Shown: piece by piece, positions 1 to 11,483 of the stretch | How positions within the stretch are numbered: position 1 is the first letter of the stretch | Layout of the letters: each line of letters opens with the position of its first letter | DNA from: Methanobacteriota archaeon | Lineage (GTDB): Archaea > Thermoplasmatota > Poseidoniia > Poseidoniales > Thalassarchaeaceae | Length of the DNA: 64,000 bases | NCBI GenBank assembly: GCA_019654055.1 | Contig: BPDA01000001.1 | Location: 17,938-81,937 of the forward strand | Direction: 5' to 3' | Program-made: the position numbers and the translations under genes | The notes under the pieces: generated by a model | Seen by the model: only the letters and a program-made list of their open reading frames with translations | What the model was told of the DNA's origin: nothing | Databases searched by the model: none

Positions 1-852
1 GGCCCAAGCTAGGAAGAGCGCAGTCTCGCTGCCCGGCCATGTCGGGAGCCAGTGGTCCGCCATGGCCGCAGTGTTGGAGAGCCTCGGGTCGATGACGATG
101 AGCTTGGCGCCATCCATCATTCCCTCCAAGATTCGCTGCGCATGCGGGTTGAAGTAGTGCCCCGTCTCGAGATGTGAGGAGGTCAACAGGATGACCTTGG
201 CGTTGGAGTGGTCCGGACTGGGCCGGTCGTGGTGGTGCCACAGGCTGTAGCCGGTGCGGGCCCCTGCAGAGCAGATGTTGGTGTGGCTGTTGTGGCCGTC
301 GACCCCCCAGGCCTTCAGCACCCTCTCGACGTAGCCCTCGTTGCCCGGCCTGCCGACGTGGTACACCACCCGATCCTTCGCCCCGGTCTTCAGCGAGGCC
401 CGAATCTTCGCTGCGATCTCGTCCAGCGCTTGGTCCCAGTATATCCTCTCCCAGCCGCCCTCGCCTCGCTTACCGACCCTCTTCAGGGGGTAGAGTATGC
501 GTTCCGTGTCGTTGATCTGGTTGATCGTGGCGGGCCCCTTGGCACAGGTCCTGCCACGGCTCCCTGGATGGTGGGGATTACCCTCGAACTTAGTGACCTC
601 CTCAGACTCCTTGTCAACGTAGGCCAGCATACCGCAAGCCGACTCGCAGTTGAAGCAGGTTGTCGGCACCAGCGAGTACCGCCGCTCGACGCGCTTGGGC
701 CACTCGTTGGCGTCGAGCTCGACGTGGTCATGCCAGTCCTCAGGGTCCGGGAACTTGCGAAGGTCAGTGGTCTCGGGTGAGGAATACTCACGATCTAAAT
801 CGGGGATGATGCGCAGTTTCTGCGCTATCGATTCTATGAAGGTCCGCGCCAT
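1..852 (-). CDS. Molybdopterin oxidoreductase catalytic subunit (DMSO reductase superfamily), N-terminal part; runs off the window edge
   Basis: Hand translation from ATG at 852 (RBS GAGGTGAA): MARTFIESIAQKLRII...TTCFNCESACGMLAY...GNPHHPGSRGRTCAKG (FS0 4Fe-4S motif)...RILYPLKRVGKRGEGGWERIYWDQALD...HNSHTNICSAG...IVIDPRLSNTA. Absent from the ORF track because the stop lies outside the window. Confidence 0.9.
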   Translation of the reverse strand, partial: MARTFIESIAQKLRIIPDLDREYSSPETTDLRKFPDPEDWHDHVELDANEWPKRVERRYSLVPTTCFNCESACGMLAYVDKESEEVTKFEGNPHHPGSRGRTCAKGPATINQINDTERILYPLKRVGKRGEGGWERIYWDQALDEIAAKIRASLKTGAKDRVVYHVGRPGNEGYVERVLKAWGVDGHNSHTNICSAGARTGYSLWHHHDRPSPDHSNAKVILLTSSHLETGHYFNPHAQRILEGMMDGAKLIVIDPRLSNTAAMADHWLPTWPGSETALFLAWA

Positions 853-862
853 CTAATTCACC

Positions 863-2276
863 TCAGTGCAGGGTCTCCAGCTGCGGTTTAATCACCGTGC
901 CGTGGGCATGACTGGCGACCACGGCCATCAGGATGGCGAAGACAAGCATCGACAGGATGCCGGGCGACGCCATCAGGAGCACGCCGCCAGCCCCGACCAC
1001 AACCATCTCGAAGATCATCTTGGCCTCGAGGAGGCCGTCCTCGGACCACGAGCGACCGCGAGCCTGCTTCAGCAGCCAGGCGGTGTAGACTCCAGTGAGC
1101 AGGGCCAGTGGGACTCCTGCGTAAGCCAGATACTCCAGATAGATTCGATCGAGGCCGAACAGCAGCACTGCCCCGCTGCAGGCCAGCACCCCTCCGAATC
1201 CCCCTAGCAGGTAGGCGCCCTTGACCAGCCACGAGTCCCAGTTCGGGCGCAGCATCACGTAGACGAAGCGCTCGGGACGGTCGAGGTCGAGGATTAGGAG
1301 GACCCCGGTCAGCCCGAGGAAGGCCGTGCAGCCGATGACCAGCCGCCACCACATCCCGTCAGTCATCTCCAGCATGCCAGAGAGCATCAAAGCCATCGCC
1401 AGCATGTAGGTCCCAGTTGCGATGGCCTTGGTCACCACGTACGCGGAGACCTCCCAGCCCCAGAGCACCCCCTTGGACGGCTGGTCGTACAAGCGCTTCG
1501 GCTTGCCCGCCTCCTCCTCCAGCCTCGACATAACGTCGTGGATGATTGCCCTGTCTCTTGGGGCGGCCGCCTTGGCCTTCTTCTCTAAGGCCAGTTGGAC
1601 TATCATCGAGTGGGTGTCGGCGGCGCCGGATCTCTGCTCGGCGTACTTGGCGAAGTGGCCTACGCCCGCAGCCTGGTCTGTCCACAGGTACTCACCGGAG
1701 CGCTCGGTCGGGATGAGGGTCGAGACTATCTTCACTGGTCTCGACATAGAACACGTTCGGCTTGGCGCCGGACTCGGGCTTGCGCACGATGGTCTCGTGC
1801 TCGTTGAGGTAGCCGGAGATTGACGAGTTAGGGTCATCGAGGTCGCCGGAGATGATGGCCTCGACAGGGCAGACGACGACGCAGGACGGCTCGTAGGAGT
1901 GCTCAATTCGGTGGGCGCAGTAGTTGCACTTAGCCGCAGTACCTTTGTTCGGGTCGATGTACAGGGCATCGTAGGGGCAGGCCTGCATGCAGGACTTGCA
2001 TCCGATGCAGCGATCATCGTCGAAATCGACGATGCCGTCCTCGCGGGTGAACAGCGCTGTGGTGGGGCAGATCGTCGTGCAGGGAGAATCCTCGCAGTGG
2101 TTGCAGCGGTGGACGCTGAACTCCCTAGTGACATCGGGATAGGTACCCTTCTCGATGTACTTGACGTGGGTCCGGTTGACTCCGATTGGGACATCATGCT
2201 CGGACTTGCAGGCGACCGTGCAGGCATGGCAGCCGATACACTTCCTGTTGTCTATCACGAAGCCGTAATTGACCAT
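863..2276 (-). CDS. 4Fe-4S dicluster (DmsB/NrfC-like) fused to NrfD/PsrC-like membrane subunit; one frameshift near 1715
   Basis: MVNYGFVIDNRKCIGCHACTVACK...CNHCEDSPC...CIGCKSCMQACPY...KCNYCAHR in the tail of ORF 1692-3497 continues into WGWEVSAY...LILDLDRPERF...PNWDSWLVKG and TM helices in ORF 863-2227. Confidence 0.85.
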
Positions 2277-2319
2277 GGTCCGCCCTCTATGAGGGCGGAC
2301 AGGCCCTTTCGGCAAATGA

Positions 2320-3497
2320 GCCTTCTCCAACCACATACAAGCAGGCTTACTATGCCTAAAGCTCACTATCCAGGTTCCTATGCTAGATCCAATGTTCCCC
2401 AACATTGTCACTAGAAGCACCTTCCCGACCTTGTTCCTCCAGAATAGGGAGGCGCTGTCCAATGCAAGGAATTCCTGTGCGTCCCTACCGGTGGGAGCGA
2501 CGACCTTCAGCTGCGTGTATCCAGCGAACCAACCCGCTGCGAGAGTCGGGTTCAGGGACGTAATCGGTGAAGCCACAGACCCGACCAGAATCGAGAGAGG
2601 ATGCCCTCTAGCGAGCAGGACGCCTAAACCAGTCAAGCTCGCATTGACGACTAACCATGCCGCAGCTGTCTGCTTTAGAGCATCCATTTTTCCCGTGTAA
2701 CCCATCCAAGCCACCGCACCTAGGAGGAACAGAGGTATGGCGATCATCAGCACCTTGGGCCAGATTGATTTTCCGGGTTCCTCGCTGAGCTCCTTGAGTC
2801 TAGAGGCGGACTCCATCGCTGGTTCTGACAATTGATCCTGAACTCCCTCTAGGTGACCAGCCCCGATTACGGCGAGCACCTTGCCCCTGCCCCTGATCTG
2901 CTGTATCCTGCCTGCTAGGAAAGCATCCCTCTCGTCTATCAGAACGGAGCCGGCCGCCGGCGCCACCTCTCGAGCCTCCTCCATCAGGTTGCTGAGCATG
3001 TCCGAGTCCTCGAGCAACTCCTCTATCGAGGCCTCCTCCTCGTCGTCCTCCTGCCACAGTAAGGCGTCCAGGACCCGGAACTTCTCTCTGAAACCCATCT
3101 TCGACCAGGCCCTCCTGAGGGTTATCACGACATCCCTGTCGATCAGTTCCACCGGGACTCCCGCCTCGTCGGCAGCCTCGATTGCAGCCAGCAGCTCCGC
3201 CCCGGGCTTCTCGCCTGAGGCGATGCCCATACGACGCTGCTCGGCGGCCAGCGCCGACTGCAGCAGGATCATGTGCGACCTACCCTCATTGAGGATTTTC
3301 AGCAGGTCCTCGTTGTCCAGCCCGTCCGGCTCCAGTAACGCTGCCTTGCGTGACTCGCACAGCTCCACTGCGACCAAGTCCGGCCGCCACTCCGCGATCT
3401 GCTGGCGTACTAGCTCGACGGAGACACTACTGACGTGGGCGGTGCCGACCAGCCTCAGCCCATCGTCTATGTCGACGACGTTCCTCTGAGCTCCCAT
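2320..3497 (-). CDS. TraB/PrgY family protein; 3' end approximate, stop apparently lost to a frameshift
   Basis: LVGTAHVS, VAVELCESR, KPGAEL, LIDRDV, LIDERDAFLA, VIGAGHLEG plus C-terminal TM region ASPITSLNPTLAAGWFAG. Confidence 0.85.
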
Positions 3498-4336
3498 CAG
3501 CCGACCTCCAATGCTCTCATCGCCGAGTACAGGTCGGCGTGTTCGGCGACGTCGTGCACCCTGATGACGTCGACGCCCAGGTCAATTGCCCTAGCAGCGA
3601 TGCCAAGGCTCCCAGCCAATCGGTCAGAGGTGTCCTTTCGTCCTAGCAGGTGGTGAAACATTGACTTGCGGCTGACCCCCCAGAGCAGCGGCATCCGTTC
3701 GTCGGGGACGACCAATCGCCCGGCCGAGAGCAGCGCTAGGTTGTGCTCAAGCCTCTTGCCGAAGCCGATTCCCGGGTCCGCGATAACCACGCTCGGGTCG
3801 ACGCCGACCTCGAACAGACTCGTTGCAGCCACCTCCAAGACGCCCCTGATCTCGGCCACGATGTCGTGGTAGGTGGGGCTGTCCTGCATGTTCTCTGGGA
3901 GCCCCTGCATGTGCATGATGCAGATGGGGCAGCCGCGCTGCGCGACCAAACCGGTCATCAGCGGGTCGGATAGCGCGGAGACGTCATTGACCATGTCGGC
4001 ACCTGCGTCTAGAGCGGCAGCGGCGACACTCGCCCTGCGGGTGTCAATCGATATGCAGACGTCGGGAATCGCCTCCCTCACGGCCTCGACGGCTGGAATC
4101 GCCCTGCCCGCCTCCTCTTCTGGGTCTACTGGGGAGGCTCCAGGACGGGTCGACTCGGCGCCGATGTCTATCCAGTCAGCGCCGTCATCCACCATTCGGC
4201 GAGCTCTCTCGACGGCCAACTCGAGGGAATCTACCCTAGAGTCAGCGTGGAACGAGTCTGGAGTGAGGTTCAGAACCCCCATAATCCGCGGAATACCGTC
4301 GTTTCGGCGGTTCAGCATAGGTCGCCAGTCGGCCAT
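3497..4336 (-). CDS. folP: Dihydropteroate synthase
   Basis: IMGVLNLTPDSF, DIGAESTRPG, ISIDT, DPGIGFGK, GVSRKSM, IRVHDV; start taken at MADWR. Confidence 0.95.
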   Translation of the reverse strand: MADWRPMLNRRNDGIPRIMGVLNLTPDSFHADSRVDSLELAVERARRMVDDGADWIDIGAESTRPGASPVDPEEEAGRAIPAVEAVREAIPDVCISIDTRRASVAAAALDAGADMVNDVSALSDPLMTGLVAQRGCPICIMHMQGLPENMQDSPTYHDIVAEIRGVLEVAATSLFEVGVDPSVVIADPGIGFGKRLEHNLALLSAGRLVVPDERMPLLWGVSRKSMFHHLLGRKDTSDRLAGSLGIAARAIDLGVDVIRVHDVAEHADLYSAMRALEVG

Positions 4337-4391
4337 CTTCGCACACCCATCCGACGCATGCTTTATGATGTGACGGAGGAGCAATCCCTCG

Positions 4392-5060
4392 ATGGTACTG
4401 GGAGAAGACTCGCATGAAGAAGCGGCATCCGCTCCCGCGCCCGCTGCTGTAGCAGCGGAAATCGATGACGCCCCATCGGCCTACAATGTCGAGATGATGG
4501 AGTCCATCGTGCAGCGACTCAGGCCCGAGGACAGGCACCAGATACGCGACATGATATCAGAGAGAGGGAGGATGTCGGGGGCCCTCGGAATCGCCTGCTT
4601 CCTGTTTTGGTGGGTGGCGGTCCACATGGGGGGGGATTCGTTGGGCGACTCGGACCTGCCCGCATCCCTCATCGGCGACTTCAGCTACTATCACCTCAGC
4701 CTCGTGGTTCCTGGGGTGACGCTCGTCGCCACCATCCTACTGACTATGGGCAGGGAAAAGGGCCAGTCGCTCACCTCCAACGCCGGGGGGGTGCTGGCCG
4801 TGATGGCACTGTTCCTAGTTGTCGAGCCCATCGGTAGGATGGCGCTGCTGGGCGACTTGGACACCCAGACCGCCCTGACGGCTTCGGGAAGGTTGGCGAT
4901 TATCGCCGCCCTGATCCACATGGCCACCAAGATGATGGTGGATTCCATACTTCTCGAGTGGGTCCGAGGCTTCATGATGAGCAGTGACATCGACGTGCTT
5001 CCCGAGAGACAGGACCCAATCATCGAGGGTCATGCTGATGAGGCACCCCCTCTCGTCTGA
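4392..5060 (+). CDS. Hypothetical membrane protein (about 4 TM)
   Basis: 222-aa ORF with several hydrophobic segments, divergent from folP. Confidence 0.65.
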   Translation: MVLGEDSHEEAASAPAPAAVAAEIDDAPSAYNVEMMESIVQRLRPEDRHQIRDMISERGRMSGALGIACFLFWWVAVHMGGDSLGDSDLPASLIGDFSYYHLSLVVPGVTLVATILLTMGREKGQSLTSNAGGVLAVMALFLVVEPIGRMALLGDLDTQTALTASGRLAIIAALIHMATKMMVDSILLEWVRGFMMSSDIDVLPERQDPIIEGHADEAPPLV

Positions 5061-5064
5061 GCGC

Positions 5065-5613
5065 GTGACCGAAGCCCCCAGACCCAGGATATCCGTGCTC
5101 AGGCTCGGCCACCGGCGCGAGCGTGACAAGCGGATTACGTCGCACCTCGGGCTGACCGCCCGTGCCTTCGGGGCTGACGAGGTCATACTTTCTGGTGAAG
5201 AGGACCCTTCGGCCATAGAGACTTGGAACTCGGTGACAGAGAGGTTCGGCGGTGACTTCGAGTGCCGCTACGAGGCCAAGCCCATGAGTTGGCTGCGACG
5301 GTTCTCGAAGGGCGGCACGGTGATCCACCTGACGATGTACGGGGAGCCCTGGAGGGAGGCCGTCGACGACATCCCTCTAGATGCACCCGCTACCGTCGTC
5401 GTCGGCGGGACCAAGGTGCCAGGTGAGTTGTTCAAGCTAGCCGACCACAACATCTCGATAGGCAACCAGCCTCACTCCGAGGTCGCCGCCCTAGCGGTCT
5501 TCCTCGAGTCGTGGGTAGGCCCTCTCGACGAGTCCGAAAGGTTCGTCGGAGGGGAGATCGAGGTGGTCCCCAGCGAGCGTGCCAAGAGAGTCAGAAACCA
5601 CTCTGGCGAGTGA
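5065..5613 (+). CDS. trm56: tRNA (cytidine(56)-2'-O)-methyltransferase
   Basis: VLRLGHRRERDKRITSHLGLTARAFGA, HLTMYG, VVVGGTKVP, NISIGNQPHSEVAALAVFL; GTG start at 5065. Confidence 0.93.
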   Translation: MTEAPRPRISVLRLGHRRERDKRITSHLGLTARAFGADEVILSGEEDPSAIETWNSVTERFGGDFECRYEAKPMSWLRRFSKGGTVIHLTMYGEPWREAVDDIPLDAPATVVVGGTKVPGELFKLADHNISIGNQPHSEVAALAVFLESWVGPLDESERFVGGEIEVVPSERAKRVRNHSGE

Positions 5614-5680
5614 GTCCCGGAAGCCCCGGGCGCCCATTTCATTCTCAATGATTAAGAGGGGTACTCCAGCAGGATTGCTG

Positions 5681-7013
5681 ATGTCGGGTACGGCACCGTC
5701 GCGGGGCTTTGTCCCCGGCGCTGGCGTACCGGGGGTGAATAATCCCCCTTCCTTCGCCGATGCTGCCGACTCACTGCTCGAGCCAGCAGAGCGTCAGCAG
5801 GCCAGCGGCGAGTCCGGGCTGCTGCTGCTGGCTGATGGCACCAGCTACGAGGGCAGGCTGTTCGGTTCCGAGGGCATAGCGCAGGGTGAATTGGTGTTCA
5901 CCACCGGCATGTGCGGCTATCAAGAGAGCCTGACCGACCCGTCCTTCGCAGGACAGGTCCTGACATTCACGTGGCCCCTGCTGGGCAACTACGGCATACT
6001 CCCTGGAATCTCCGAGTCCTCAGGAGTCCACCCGCGTGGCGTCGTGTGCAAGGAGCTGATGAAGGTCCCCGACCACCGTGACTCGGTTGGCAGCGTGCAC
6101 GATTTCCTCGCAGCTCACGGCGTCCCCGGAATCGAGGGGGTCGATACACGCTCTCTTACTCGCAGGGTGCGCGAGCACGGAACAGTACTGTGCGTCTTCG
6201 GCCCCAAGGACCGGGCTGCCGAGATGAAGCAGACACTGAGGGAGATGACCCCACCCGACGCCGACGACCTAGTGGCCTCGGTGACCCGAGGGGATGCCGT
6301 ACTGCTCAACCCCGGAGGCTCAGGACGGCGACGGCAACCCACTGCCCCGACTCGCTGCACTGGATTGCGGAATCAAGCACAACATCCTGCGCGAGCTTTG
6401 CCAGCGCTTCGAGGTCGTCTGGTGCCCCGCTTCCATGCCCTTCGACGAGATCGTCTCCGAATGGCGGCCAGACGCCCTGTTCGCATCCAACGGCCCGGGC
6501 GACCCCGCCCATCCCGGCGATGCCACCTCGGCGCGAGAGTCGCTTGCAGCCGCCGTGCGCGCGGACATGCCGGTGATGGGAATCTGCCTCGGCCATCAAC
6601 TGATGGGCCTTGCAGCGGGCCTGCGCACCTACAAGTTGCGGTACGGCCACAGAGGGGCCAACCAGCCCGTGGTAGACCTGCGCACGGGCAAGGTCAACAT
6701 CACCAGCCAGAACCACGGCTTCGCCGTCGAGGACCCGGACAAGGGTATGCTAGCACCGCACCCCAGCGGAGCCCACTCCGACACCGGCGAGAACGCTCTG
6801 GAGGCGGACTTCGAGGTTCGCCACATCAACGCCAACGACCGAACCGTGGAAGGCCTCGACTTGGTCGGCAAGCCCGCCTTCACCATCCAGTTCCACCCCG
6901 AGGCCTGCCCTGGCCCCCACGACGCCTCGCCGCTGTTCGACCGCTTCTCCGAGATGGTGGCTGAGCATCTTGCAGGCGGCCAGAGGGCCGTGGTCAAGGG
7001 AGGTGATAGCTGA
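5681..7013 (+). CDS. carA: Carbamoyl-phosphate synthase small subunit; frameshift near 6312
   Basis: GELVFTTGMCGYQESLTDPSFAGQ in ORF 5579; SNGPGDP, GICLGHQL, ITSQNHGF, QFHPEACPGPHD in ORF 6294. Confidence 0.95.
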
Positions 7014-10000
7014 TGCCGAGGCGCGAGGACATCAGTAAGGTGGTCATCTTGGGCAGCGGGCCGATTCGAATCGGCCAAGCAGCCGAGTTCGACTTCTCGG
7101 GCTCGCAGGCCTGCAGAGCCCTACGGGCGGACGGTTACGAGGTCGTCCTAATCAACTCCAACCCAGCGACCATACAGAACGACCCCGAGATGGCCGACCG
7201 GATCTACATCGAGCCGCTGCTGCCCGAGGTGGTCAAGCGCATAATGGAGCTTGAGAAGCCCGATGCTCTGCTGGCAGGGATGGGTGGGCAGACCGCGCTA
7301 AACATCGCCGCAGCCCTAGCCCATGACGGCTCTCTCGACGAACTGGGCGTCGAACTCATTGGCTGCAACCTCACGGCCATCGAGGAGGCTGAGGACCGCG
7401 ACCTGTTCAAGAAGGTCTGCGAGGAGATCGACCTGCCGGTGTGCAAGGCGATAGCCTGCGACTCGATAGAGCAGGTGCTGGAGTCCGTAGACCAACTCGG
7501 CGGATTTCCCCTACTAATCAGGCCGGCATTCACCCTCGGCGGATTGGGTGGAGGTACCGCGTACAACACCGGTGAACTGGTCGAGATAGCCAGTCAGGGC
7601 ATCCTGCACTCCGCGATAGGGCAGGTGCTGATCGAGGAGAGCATACTGGGCTGGCAGGAGCACGAGTATGAGGTGATGCGAGATGACGCCGACAACGCCA
7701 TCATCGTGTGCACCATGGAAAACCTCGACCCTATGGGTGTCCACACCGGCGAGTCCGTGGTGGTAGCCCCCCAGCAGACGCTCTCCGACCGGGACCACCA
7801 GGTCCTGCGCGACGCTGCGCTCAAGCTGATCAGGAGGCTGAACATCAGAGGAGGGTGCAACGTGCAGTTCGCAGTCGAGCAGTCCACCGGCGAGTACCGC
7901 GTCATCGAGGTCAACCCCCGAGTCTCCCGCTCCTCCGCCCTCGCATCGAAGGCCACCGGGTATCCGATCGCCCGGATGGCGGCCCTCATCGCAGTCGGTT
8001 ACACGCTCGATGAGCTGCCGAATCCAATAACCGGCGAGGGCACCACTGCCGCCTTTGAGCCGACCCTAGACTACTGTGTGGTCAAGATACCTCGCTGGCC
8101 CTTCGACAAGTTCCGCACAGCCGACCGCACGATCGGCACCTCGATGAAGTCCACCGGCGAAGTGATGGCGATAGGCCGCGGCTTCGAGGAGGCCTTCCTC
8201 AAGGCATGGTCGAGCCTTGAGTATGGACAGCCCCACCCCAGACCTCTGACCATGGCAGACGCATCAGGCGGCGAGTCGATGGATGAGCGAGCCTTCGAAC
8301 CACTCCCCGAGGCCCTTCTAGAGGATTGGCTTAGGGTACCTAGCGACAGGCGCATGGGAGCCCTGTTCGAGGCCTTCCGCCGTGGCTACACCACAGAGGA
8401 CGTGCGCGACATGACAGGAGGGGTCACGCGCTGGTTCCTGCACCGGTTTGAGAACATGGCCGCCATCGAGACCGAGATACGCGCGGCTGGCGAGATCGGC
8501 CTCAATCCGGCTGATGTGCCGGAGGAGGAGATGAGGATGTGGAAGGGCGCCGGCTTCACTGATTTACACATCGCCGACGCGCTGGCCGGCTTCCCAGCCA
8601 GCGGGTTCAAGCTCCTGTCCGAAGGCTCCGACGAGTTCGCAGTCACCCTAAGGCGCCACCAGCTCGGAGTGCATCCAGTGTTCAGGATGGTTGACTCGTG
8701 CGCAGCCGAGTTCGCTGCTGTCACCCCGTACTACTACACCACCTACGAGGGAGGCTCGGCATCGGGCGGAATCGACTACGTGCCCGGACTCGAAGAGTCA
8801 CTAAAGCAGAGGATTGTGGTCATCGGCTCGGGTCCGATACGGATAGGTCAGGGAATCGAATTCGACTACGGCTGCGTCCACGCGGTCGGCGCCATCCGCG
8901 AACTCGGCCACGAGGCCATCATCATCAACAACAACCCTGAAACCGTCTCCACTGATTTCGACACGAGTGACAGGCTATACTTCGACCCACTAACGCTCGA
9001 GGCCGTCTCCGAGATACTCCTCAGAGAGAGGGCCCACGGCATCCTGCTACAGTTCGGCGGGCAGACCGCCATCAACCTCGCACTACCCCTCTCGGACAGC
9101 CTCACACACCTCTCGACCCTCGGGCTTCACCTGGTCATGGAGGGCACTTCTCCCGATGCGATTGACGAGGCCAGCGACCGCGAGCGCTTCGAGGAGTTCG
9201 CCGCCCGAAATGGTCTGAGGATGCCGAGGGGGTCGACGGCGACCACGCCGGATGAGGTCAGGCAGGCCGCCCATGAGATCGGCTATCCTGTGTTGATTCG
9301 CCCCTCCTACGTATTGGGAGGAAGGGGGATGGAGATACTCTCGAACGACAAGCAGTTGGAGGCCTACATGGAGGAGGCGTTCCTCGCCCCCGACCGCCCG
9401 CTGCTGATTGACGAGTACCTCGGCAACGCGATTGAGCTTGACGTAGACGCGGTGTGCGACGGCGAGGAGGTGCTAGTGGGCGCCATAATGGAGCACCTCG
9501 AGGAGGCAGGTATACACTCAGGCGACTCGACCTGCTTTATCCCACCGCAGAACATCCCCGAGCACGTCCTCGCAGAGGTCGAGGATTGGACCAGAAAGAT
9601 CGGCATCGAACTAGGCATCAGGGGCTGCTACAACATCCAGTTCGCCATCCGCGATGAGGTCCTGCATGTGCTCGAGGTCAACCCGAGAGGCTCGCGCACC
9701 TTCCCGTTCGTGGCCAAGGCGACCGGTGTGCCGCTGGCTAGGATCGCCGCTAGGCTCGCGCTGGGAGAGAAGCTCAGCGAGCTCAACGTACCGGAGCCGC
9801 AGACCGATGCGGTCTGCGTCAAGGCACCCGTGTTCCCTTTCATCAAGTTGCGAGGCCTCGACCCAGCGCCTGGCCCGGAGATGAAGTCCACAGGTGAGGT
9901 GATGGGTTCGCATGCGAGGCCGGCCGCCCCTCCCTGAAGGCACGACTCGCACGGAGTTCCCGTCCAGTCGAGGGGGGGTCTACATCACCGTCAAGGAGGG

Positions 10001-10363
10001 ACAAGCTAGCCATAATGACGAGGCCCGCGGGCTGCAGGAGATGGGTTCACCTCTATGCCACCAGGGGACAGCCCACGTGCTGCGCATGTAGGGGGCTGAG
10101 TAAAGACCTGCTACAGGTTTGCCGAGCGCCGTAGCCCGATGCCCTAGACCTATGGGGCAAGGCAAGATTCACCTCGTCATTAACACACCACGCTCGACCG
10201 GAGGGGCAGTACTAGATGGGAACATGATGCGCAGGCTCGCAGTCGAACTCAACATTCCTTCGTCACCACAATGGCAGGCGCTCACATGGAGGTCGAGGCG
10301 ATAGACGAGGCGATGAAGGGAATGCCAGAGCCAAGGCTCCTAGAGATAGGATCACTAGAATGA
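7013..10363 (+). CDS. carB: Carbamoyl-phosphate synthase large subunit; C-terminal MGS domain broken by frameshifts after ~9925
   Basis: MPRREDISKVVILGSGPIRIGQAAEFDFSG, two ATP-grasp halves, GPEMKSTGEVMG; fragments such as KIHLVINTP...DGNMMRRLAVELNIP continue to TGA at 10361-10363. Confidence 0.95.
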
Positions 10364-10396
10364 GAAAAGTGAAATTTACTCCTCAGAGCATATATA

Positions 10397-10404
10397 TTTA
10401 TATA
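10397..10404 (+). promoter_or_regulatory. Archaeal TATA box (TTTATATA) for a probably leaderless HTH gene
   Basis: TTTATATA within TATATATTTATATA, about 20 nt before the ATG at 10424; no RBS in between. Confidence 0.55.
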
Positions 10405-10423
10405 CCCCTCAAGTGTCCCCCCT

Positions 10424-10657
10424 ATGACCCCTCAAAGGAGAGCAACTGAGGACGATGTCAAGGCTATCTTCTGTTATCGCGGAGCGGGTTTCTCTCTGGA
10501 TGAGACTGCTGACTATACCGGCCTCACTCGCCACACTGTTTCCTACCAATTGAGGAAGCTCAGGTACTCTGCAGAAGATGGCGGTATTTCTGAGGTTCTA
10601 CGTTCTCTGGAGTTAGTAGATAACTCTGAATTGATCAAAATGGAACTCAACTTCTAG
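10424..10657 (+). CDS. Small helix-turn-helix DNA-binding protein
   Basis: GFSLDETADYTGLTRHTVSYQLRK is an HTH-like pattern; TATA box upstream. Confidence 0.65.
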   Translation: MTPQRRATEDDVKAIFCYRGAGFSLDETADYTGLTRHTVSYQLRKLRYSAEDGGISEVLRSLELVDNSELIKMELNF

Positions 10658-10674
10658 AGATTTCCAAACTTCTC

Positions 10675-11483
10675 ATGGAGAATTTGACCTCCAGGATAGT
10701 TAAGCAATCTCGAGGATCCTTACGATGGTGTCGAACCAGATTTCTAGAGGGAGAGTGGGAAGAACCAGCAAAAATCGAATCGATGCCATTAGGTCATTTC
10801 TGTTAGTGAGATGTATGATATTGACGGCACCGAACTCCTGGTTATAGGTTCGATATTGGAAGACTCAAATCCATGATGGGTTTTCTTGAGAATAGGGGGC
10901 ACAGGGTATTTTCCTCATCACCGTTTCCACACACTCCCTTTCCCAGTACACACCGAGGAGTTTTGTGATGAACAGGGCAAGGAGATCATGGCTAGAAAGG
11001 AGAACTCAGGGAAGTTACTTGTTCTGGAGATCACGACCCATACTACAGGGAGGAACTCGCACAGCACGACACACTTGTCACAAATAAACCCTTGATTGCT
11101 ACCCCTCCCCTTTCCCCATTCAGGCCCAGATTTCTGGATTTAGTTGGGAGGGGCCAGAGCCCACTTTCAGCAACCTTCCCGAGTTAGAGAACCCCGTTGT
11201 GAAGGAAGAACCGGATGTCCCAAAACCGTGCTAGGGGAGTAGTCTATGCGATGTTATCTCAAAGGAATCCATCCACCAATCAAAAATTCATTTCAAAGTC
11301 GCTTCGGAAATTCTGGGGCTGAAGTGGGAAGAACAGGTCAAGTGGCCAAGAGGATGGGCCAAGCAACTCAAGCAGAAACTGCAACTCTCAGGTAAGACGT
11401 TCTCTATTCAGTTAAAGCATCTGATGGGGGATGAGATTACGATAAATAATTCAATAGTCAGGAGGATTATTATTGACGATTAA
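10675..11483 (+). pseudogene. Frameshifted gene with a divergent NYN/PIN (Zc3h12a-like) domain; pseudogene or sequencing errors
   Basis: Fragments in shifting frames: IDA..VISVSEMYDIDGT, PGYRFDIGRLKSMMGFLENRGHRVF (~10840-10911), SGDHDPYYREELAQHDTLVTNK (~11023-11088), and an open C-terminal frame ...KWPRGWAKQLKQ...IVRRIIIDD* ending at 11483. Confidence 0.4.

Noticed and set aside
1692-3497. Apparent TraB-ferredoxin fusion (601 aa)
   Set aside because: The linker reads like intergenic DNA and the FeS gene has its own ATG at 2276; a lost stop from an indel explains it.
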